In this document: piece after piece, positions 7,975 through 13,121 of the stretch
Layout of the letters: each line of letters starts with the position of its first letter
How positions within the stretch are numbered: position 1 is the stretch's first letter
Source of the DNA: Campylobacterota bacterium
Lineage (GTDB): Bacteria > Campylobacterota > Campylobacteria > Campylobacterales > Sulfurovaceae
DNA length: 13,121 nucleotides
Direction: 5' to 3'
Assembly (NCBI GenBank): GCA_034722955.1
Contig: JAYEOM010000074.1
Coordinates: forward strand, 1-13,121
Notes under the pieces: model-generated
The model's database searches: none
Seen by the model: only the letters and a program-made list of their open reading frames with translations
Told to the model about the DNA's origin: nothing
Made by a program: the position numbers and the translations under genes

Positions 7975-8403
7975 TTATAGTGTAGTTGTCGATGTCCAGA
8001 TTCCATGTAGGTTGCAGCCAGCTTTTGCCTTGAGTTTTTTGACACCATCTAGCTTCACGGCAAATGAAGTTGCTCCGCGTGAAATCTCTGGCTCAAGAAT
8101 ATTTTTGCCTACTAACTTATCGTCCGCATATAGCTCTATAAAGTCGATCCAGTGATCTGCCGTACTAGGATGGACAATCCCCCCTTGACCTATTGTGATC
8201 TCCACCAAAGTATACCCTTTGGCATCTTTATCCTTGATGGTTATCTGTGGTGTATGTTTAAGCTCGCCTTTATCCAGTTTCGACGGGTCTTTTGGTTTCA
8301 TCTCCATACGATTCATATGCTCTGTTGCCATCTTGGCTTCTGCACTGACCGTTGCCATCAAGGCTGTTACGCCAGCCAATTTTAATGCTTCTCTTCTATT
8401 CAT
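7975..8403 (-). CDS. Tat-exported 1Fe superoxide reductase (neelaredoxin/desulfoferrodoxin catalytic domain)
   Basis: Twin-arginine signal MNRREALK...AEA; iron-ligand motifs KHTP, HPSTADHWI, CNLHGIW; no desulforedoxin Cys4 domain; AAGGA RBS. Confidence 0.9.
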   Translation of the reverse strand: MNRREALKLAGVTALMATVSAEAKMATEHMNRMEMKPKDPSKLDKGELKHTPQITIKDKDAKGYTLVEITIGQGGIVHPSTADHWIDFIELYADDKLVGKNILEPEISRGATSFAVKLDGVKKLKAKAGCNLHGIWTSTTTL

Positions 8404-8420
8404 TCGATATCCTTATTATT

Positions 8421-8450
8421 TGATTTTGATTAATCATATCAAAATTACCA
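8421..8450 (-). promoter_or_regulatory. Palindromic operator candidate overlapping the SOR promoter
   Basis: ATTTTGAT-N7-ATCAAAAT (8423-8445) overlapping a minus-strand TG-G-TAATTT extended -10-like element (8450-8442). Confidence 0.45.
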
Positions 8451-8559
8451 TGAAAGATATATAAAAAAAGAGATATTGATTCTATACGACGATTGAGACT
8501 ATTCAAATAGGAGCAAAAGAGAAGTCATATGGGTATATCTGTTTTTGGGAGACTCCTTA

Positions 8560-10080
8560 TTATCTGTTAGTGTAATAATGTTTAAGCTGTTTGCGATCTA
8601 TTTTTCCTGTTGCCCCTTTGGGCAGTTCATCAATAAATGTAATGCTCTCAGGCATCTTATAGTCAGCTAAATGTTCTCTGGCAAAGTTGAGCAACTCATC
8701 TTCACTGATAGGCTTTGTATTTGATTTCAGAGATACAAAAGCATGCACCATCTCTCCTTCAAACTTATCTGGTATACCGATGACACCCACTTCAAAGACT
8801 GCTGGATGGTGATAAAAGAGCTCTTCGATCTCCTGTGGTGAGATGTTGGAACCATCATGAAGGATCAGCTGTTTTCTGCGTCCCCTAAACCATAGATAGC
8901 CATCACCATCAAAATAGCCAAGATCACCAGTCAAAAACCACCCATCTCTAAAACTCTCTGCTGTGACTTTTGGATTGTTCAGGTAACTATGCATAACAAT
9001 CTTGCCTTTGACTGCGATCTCTCCGATCTCCCCTATCTGTGACGGGTTACCCAAGTCATCTTGAGTCTCTACAGCTGTATACCCTACGGGCAAGCCCACG
9101 GAGCCTCTCTTTTTCCCATCCCCCAGAGGATTGAGAGCATAGATCTGTGTCTCTGTCATGCCTATCCCTTCACACATATCCAATCCAAATATTTTTTTGA
9201 AATTGTTTAAAACCACAAATGGGGTGGCATCGCCTGCGACTATAGCCAGACGCAATCGGTTTTCTATAGGTAGCTTCTCCTCTGATGCCTGCTTGTTGAG
9301 GATATGAAACATTACCGGCATCATATAGAGCATAGTGATACCACTATTTTTGATCTTTTCCAGCACCTCTACTGGATCAAAAGCAGAGTTGATCTCCAGT
9401 GTTGCACCTACATAAAGTGCAGAGAGCATTTGATGGCTGAATGCAAAGTTGTTGGATAGTGCTAGAGAGACCAATGTCTTGTCATCACTCGTATAATCAA
9501 CCAATCTACAGTGATTTATGGTATGCATCATCATCTGGTCTTGTGCTAGCAGGGCACCTTTTGGATCTCCCGTGGTTCCTGATGTATAGAGTACTGCTGC
9601 ATCTGTATTTTGCGGAATTTCACTATATTTTATCGGACTATCTATGGGATTGAGAAGATCCGAAAAAGGCAGCGTATTGTCAAACTCTTCTTTGGAGTCA
9701 ATAAGGTAGATATGCTCTACAGAGGGCAGCTCCAGCATATTGCCAGCAATCCTAGAGAAGAGACTTTTCTGACTGATCAATATAGTGGGTCTACTGTGAT
9801 CGATAATATAATGAGCCTCATCCTCTTTGAGTCGGTAATTGATAGGGACAACTGTCACACCGATCTTGAAGCATGCAAAATAGGTGACAATAATCTCTGT
9901 AGAGTTAAATAGATAAAATGCGAGTCTATCATCTCTCTCTAGACCAAGAGTCAAAAGAGAGTCAGCCATATGATCAGTCCAGGAGAGTAGTTCTCTGTAT
10001 CTGTACTCTCTATTATCATAGACTACTGCAACTTTGTCAGGATATCGTTCGCTTCTATTTTTAAGAATTTGATACAGCAC
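8560..10080 (-). CDS. ANL-superfamily AMP-dependent synthetase (acyl-CoA ligase-like), substrate unknown
   Basis: YTSGTTGDPKG P-loop, GMTET, WFLTGDLG, SNISPQEIE, LPKGATGKIDR; GTG start with AGGAGG 7 nt upstream; TATAAT at 10119-10114. Confidence 0.92.
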   Translation of the reverse strand: MLYQILKNRSERYPDKVAVVYDNREYRYRELLSWTDHMADSLLTLGLERDDRLAFYLFNSTEIIVTYFACFKIGVTVVPINYRLKEDEAHYIIDHSRPTILISQKSLFSRIAGNMLELPSVEHIYLIDSKEEFDNTLPFSDLLNPIDSPIKYSEIPQNTDAAVLYTSGTTGDPKGALLAQDQMMMHTINHCRLVDYTSDDKTLVSLALSNNFAFSHQMLSALYVGATLEINSAFDPVEVLEKIKNSGITMLYMMPVMFHILNKQASEEKLPIENRLRLAIVAGDATPFVVLNNFKKIFGLDMCEGIGMTETQIYALNPLGDGKKRGSVGLPVGYTAVETQDDLGNPSQIGEIGEIAVKGKIVMHSYLNNPKVTAESFRDGWFLTGDLGYFDGDGYLWFRGRRKQLILHDGSNISPQEIEELFYHHPAVFEVGVIGIPDKFEGEMVHAFVSLKSNTKPISEDELLNFAREHLADYKMPESITFIDELPKGATGKIDRKQLKHYYTNR

Positions 10081-10202
10081 TCTTTAGCCTCCTTCCACTC
10101 ACTCCAATTGGCTATTATACTCTTTTTTCCAACTATGTGCTTTAAGGTGTTCTGAAATATCTATTATATATAATTTACGAGATATCAATAAGGAATTTTA
10201 TC

Positions 10203-10766
10203 ATGTTTAAGAGAATTTTAGTATCTCTAGCAATAGTCAGTACTTTTAGCTTAGCTGATACAACCGCAGAAAGAGATATATCTAAATTCACTAATATTGG
10301 ATTTGGATTAGGTATAGGTGTAGAGTATTTTGGTGATACTTATATAGACAAAGCACAGATATATGGTGATGACAAAATAGTAATAATTGAAGAAGATTCT
10401 AATATAAAACAGAGTCTATGGTTGACAATGAGTTGGAATTTTCCGGAGAAAGATTTTGCACCAAGATTGCAAAGGAGTAGCAGTAACTTTAATGTTAAGG
10501 ATATTCGATACGGAATGTTCACAGGAGTTAAAGTTTTAGATACTTCAGGTGAAACTATTAACGCTTTTTCATTAGGTTTGCAAGTCTCTTTTATGACTGA
10601 TCTGAGCAAAACAATTACATTAGGAGTTGGTGGAGTTTCTCATAAAATACAAATGCTACAAGATGGTATAGAGGTTGGCAAAGAGTTGCCAAATCATTTT
10701 GAAAATATTGTATACAAAAATGAGACTAGCATCGATCCAATGCTGATGCTATCAGTCAGTTTTTAG
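10203..10766 (+). CDS. Hypothetical exported protein, probable small outer-membrane beta-barrel
   Basis: Sec signal ending SLA, alternating amphipathic segments (IGFGLGIGVEY, FSLGLQVSF), C-terminal LMLSVSF; AAGGA RBS. Fold is inferred. Confidence 0.7.
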   Translation: MFKRILVSLAIVSTFSLADTTAERDISKFTNIGFGLGIGVEYFGDTYIDKAQIYGDDKIVIIEEDSNIKQSLWLTMSWNFPEKDFAPRLQRSSSNFNVKDIRYGMFTGVKVLDTSGETINAFSLGLQVSFMTDLSKTITLGVGGVSHKIQMLQDGIEVGKELPNHFENIVYKNETSIDPMLMLSVSF

Positions 10767-10771
10767 AGATG

Positions 10772-11662
10772 CTATCTATATAGTCCGGCACAGACAACTA
10801 CCATCTTGCCATCTAGCATAACCTTTTTGACATATGTTGATTTTTGTGACTTCTCCACATCTCCTGGTCTGGGCCAGTGATAATCCACCCACCCTCTCCC
10901 CCTACTTTTGGCTACATTGATAAACTCTTTCACAAAATAGTTTCCGTTTGTATCTTTATAGTTGAGGACATTGCGGCCTTCAAGCTTCGGAAAAGCTGCA
11001 TTGAACAACTCTATGCCATCTTCTGCGATTACGAAAACATAAGTATCTTGATAAATATACTGGCTACTAATACTCCTGAATATATCAAACGCTTTTGAAC
11101 CTTTGCTCTCGATCAACTTCGCAGCCAAATCAACAGTATCTATGATAAATGATTTTTGAACTGGCATATCATAAGCTCCACTTCCGATAATATATACTCT
11201 TCCCAAAGGAGTTTTGGCACTCATAACATATGTACTTTTCCAGCTTGGAGTCTCTTCACCTAGTTTGGGCCATCGATAATGCATCCATCCTTTACCCTCC
11301 TTGGATGAAGTTATTTTGATAAAAAGCTCTCCTATAGGCTTGCCATCTGCATCCTTAAGGTCTCGTACCTGTTCCCCTTCAGCTCCTCTGTTTGGTGGGT
11401 AGACATATCTAAATCCACTCATATCCCAGACAAATAGATAACGGTTGCCCTGAAACCACTTGCCTCCCTTCTGCCTGAATGCATCAAATGCTTTTTCTCC
11501 TTTTTCTGCGATCAGCTCTGCACCCTGCTCAACAAAACTTTTCAAATCTGTTGCTGTATTTTGTCTTGGAACTCTATTGTCAAGATTTTCAGCATAAGTG
11601 GCTGAACAGAACAATAGAGTTGCAAATATGATGAAGATCCATTTTGGTATAAATGCTTTCAT
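10772..11662 (-). CDS. Stand-alone secreted protein with two tandem single-Cache (sCache_2-like) domains
   Basis: Signal peptide, then two repeats of Y(L/V)FV...G...EG..V...KD..G...G.GW..Y.WP..G.....KSTYV...G.Y; no second TM helix or output domain. Confidence 0.88.
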   Translation of the reverse strand: MKAFIPKWIFIIFATLLFCSATYAENLDNRVPRQNTATDLKSFVEQGAELIAEKGEKAFDAFRQKGGKWFQGNRYLFVWDMSGFRYVYPPNRGAEGEQVRDLKDADGKPIGELFIKITSSKEGKGWMHYRWPKLGEETPSWKSTYVMSAKTPLGRVYIIGSGAYDMPVQKSFIIDTVDLAAKLIESKGSKAFDIFRSISSQYIYQDTYVFVIAEDGIELFNAAFPKLEGRNVLNYKDTNGNYFVKEFINVAKSRGRGWVDYHWPRPGDVEKSQKSTYVKKVMLDGKMVVVCAGLYR

Positions 11663-11837
11663 TACGATTTCTCCCTCTGCTTTTTAGTATCTTTTTATTA
11701 TTTTACTCTTTTATTCTATTTTTTTCAACTCCAAGTAGAGTTATATTGATTTATCCGTTTAATACAAATCAAAGTATTTAAGTTATATAATAAAAAAAAT
11801 ATAGTTATTATATCAAGAAATATTAAAGGAGGATCGA

Positions 11838-12428
11838 ATGAAAAAGTTGACACTACTACTGATGTTATCTATGGGTCTACTGTTTTTTGCCGGATGTGGC
11901 AGTTCAAATACGACTGGTGGAGGAGAGGTGGAAGTAGAAGAGTCTCTTATGCAAGCCATCAAGAGTCCGGAAGCCGATAGTTTGGCTGGTGATCAAGGTG
12001 TCTATATCATCTTTGCACAGTCACGAGACGGTGCCACAGCGGTAGAGAGTATAGAGGCACTCGATACTCTCTACCTGCTTAGTGCAGAGGGAGTAGATCA
12101 AACACATATATATGAGACAGATAGGAGTATCAATGTACTCACTGATAAACTCGTCGATAATGTCTGGATGGAGACAGAGCAATACCATCCTGCTGATCTT
12201 CCTGATATCGATCTGCAAGAAGCTTATGGATCAGTCAAAGCCGTATCAGGAGATAAACCTATCGCCAATATAGCTATCTTTTATACACTGTATAATCATC
12301 AGTTGAGAGTAGGATTTACACTTCAGGGTGACGCGACCGACTCTTGTGAGCAGTATGCCTATATCGTAGATACAGGTGAAGTCTATCAGACTGGTAGTGA
12401 AGTAAAGTGTTTTTTTGAGATTGAATAG
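11838..12428 (+). CDS. Hypothetical lipoprotein, possible C-terminal PepSY-like domain
   Basis: MKK + hydrophobic core + lipobox FAG-C20; AAGGAGG RBS; TATAAT at 11786-11791; IDLQEA...YIVDTGEV pattern. Confidence 0.8.
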   Translation: MKKLTLLLMLSMGLLFFAGCGSSNTTGGGEVEVEESLMQAIKSPEADSLAGDQGVYIIFAQSRDGATAVESIEALDTLYLLSAEGVDQTHIYETDRSINVLTDKLVDNVWMETEQYHPADLPDIDLQEAYGSVKAVSGDKPIANIAIFYTLYNHQLRVGFTLQGDATDSCEQYAYIVDTGEVYQTGSEVKCFFEIE

Positions 12429-12498
12429 ACAAGAGTGTTGTTGACTCATAAATAGTGAAATAGTGATAAGATTTTATTGATCACAAAAAGGAGATCCT

Positions 12499-12921
12499 AT
12501 GAAGAGAAATGGAGTCATATTCGCTCTCGTTTTAATGTTGTCTGTTTATGCACAAGCAGATAGTAGTCAGTCGCAGAGAGAGCAGCTTATCACACCTACC
12601 CTATGGGTGCAGGCACCTGATATGTTCGCATGCAATCTAACCAATGTGGATCAAAAGGTACATACCGTACAAGTTCGCATCATCACCAATGGGAAGGTAC
12701 TGCTGGAGAGCAGGAAGCTCTCACTTGAGCCAAAACATACGACCAATCATGCAGTAGAGGGTTTAGTAAAAGGTGCTCCATTATACTGTGAATTTACAGT
12801 AGAAGGCTCCAAAGAGATCTATCGCGGAGCAGCCAAACTATTCCCAGCTCCTGCCAATAAAGACTTCACCGCCAGTAACTACTCTGCTGCTAGTGACTCT
12901 GTTGCCATTGCTGCATATTAA
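12499..12921 (+). CDS. Hypothetical small secreted protein, beta-rich with two Cys
   Basis: Signal peptide ending AQA, AAGGAG RBS, TG-A-TAAGAT at 12464-12472. Confidence 0.8.
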   Translation: MKRNGVIFALVLMLSVYAQADSSQSQREQLITPTLWVQAPDMFACNLTNVDQKVHTVQVRIITNGKVLLESRKLSLEPKHTTNHAVEGLVKGAPLYCEFTVEGSKEIYRGAAKLFPAPANKDFTASNYSAASDSVAIAAY

Positions 12922-12980
12922 GTACCAGCTGTTTTGGGAAGTGTACAAAAGCAAATCTAAGGTAAGGCTGGTACTTAGTA
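12916..12980. repeat. Long-spaced inverted repeat spanning the stop codon of the 12499 gene
   Basis: TAAGTACCAGC (12919-12929) and GCTGGTACTTA (12967-12977) are perfect 11-bp arms, extendable to 15 with G.T pairs. Confidence 0.65.
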
Positions 12981-13010
12981 CAGAGCAAACAACCATAAGG
13001 ATATGTAGAT

Positions 13011-13121
13011 ATGAAAAGAACAGTACAGGGGTATATCGATGAGATACCTCAGTGGTCAGATGGTACACCCTCCTCATCAGCTCCACTAACACATATGCAG
13101 TGGCTGATTTTGGTATTGGCA
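13011..13121 (+). CDS. N-terminus of a probable MFS transporter (partial, runs off window)
   Basis: AAGGA RBS at 12997-13001, then open frame MKRTVQGYIDEIPQWSDGTPSSSAPLTHMQWLILVLA. I recognise YIDE.P.W.DGT.....P(L/M)T.MQW as the N-terminus of an MFS subfamily. Not in the ORF track. Confidence 0.7.
   Translation, partial: MKRTVQGYIDEIPQWSDGTPSSSAPLTHMQWLILVLA

Noticed and set aside
10081..13010. Integron cassette array
   Set aside because: Genes are in mixed orientation with their own promoter-like elements, and I found no RYYYAAC...GTTRRRY attC structures or integrase.
12838..13092. 84-aa minus ORF
   Set aside because: Antisense to two better-supported plus-strand genes.

Overview
AT-rich bacterial chromosome segment. 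Gene order, ExbB type and TGnTATAAT-style promoters suggest Campylobacterota, probably Sulfurovum-like (inference). It has three parts. (1) 1-1570 is a decayed accessory patch: a minus-strand promoter with a structured leader running off the left edge, a possible REP/RAYT relic, a YD/Rhs-repeat fragment truncated at both ends, and a frameshifted Uma2 nuclease remnant. (2) 1609-7926 is core genes: exbD-exbB (minus), then gyrA-asd-yqhA-hemE (plus), with a structure-rich yqhA-hemE spacer. (3) 7975-13121 is an accessory block: a Tat-exported 1Fe superoxide reductase, an ANL-family acyl-CoA ligase, a low-GC probable outer-membrane protein, a stand-alone tandem Cache protein, a lipoprotein, a small secreted protein and the start of an MFS transporter. 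No rRNA, tRNA, CRISPR array or intact mobile element was seen. All calls come from reading motifs by eye; no searches were run.
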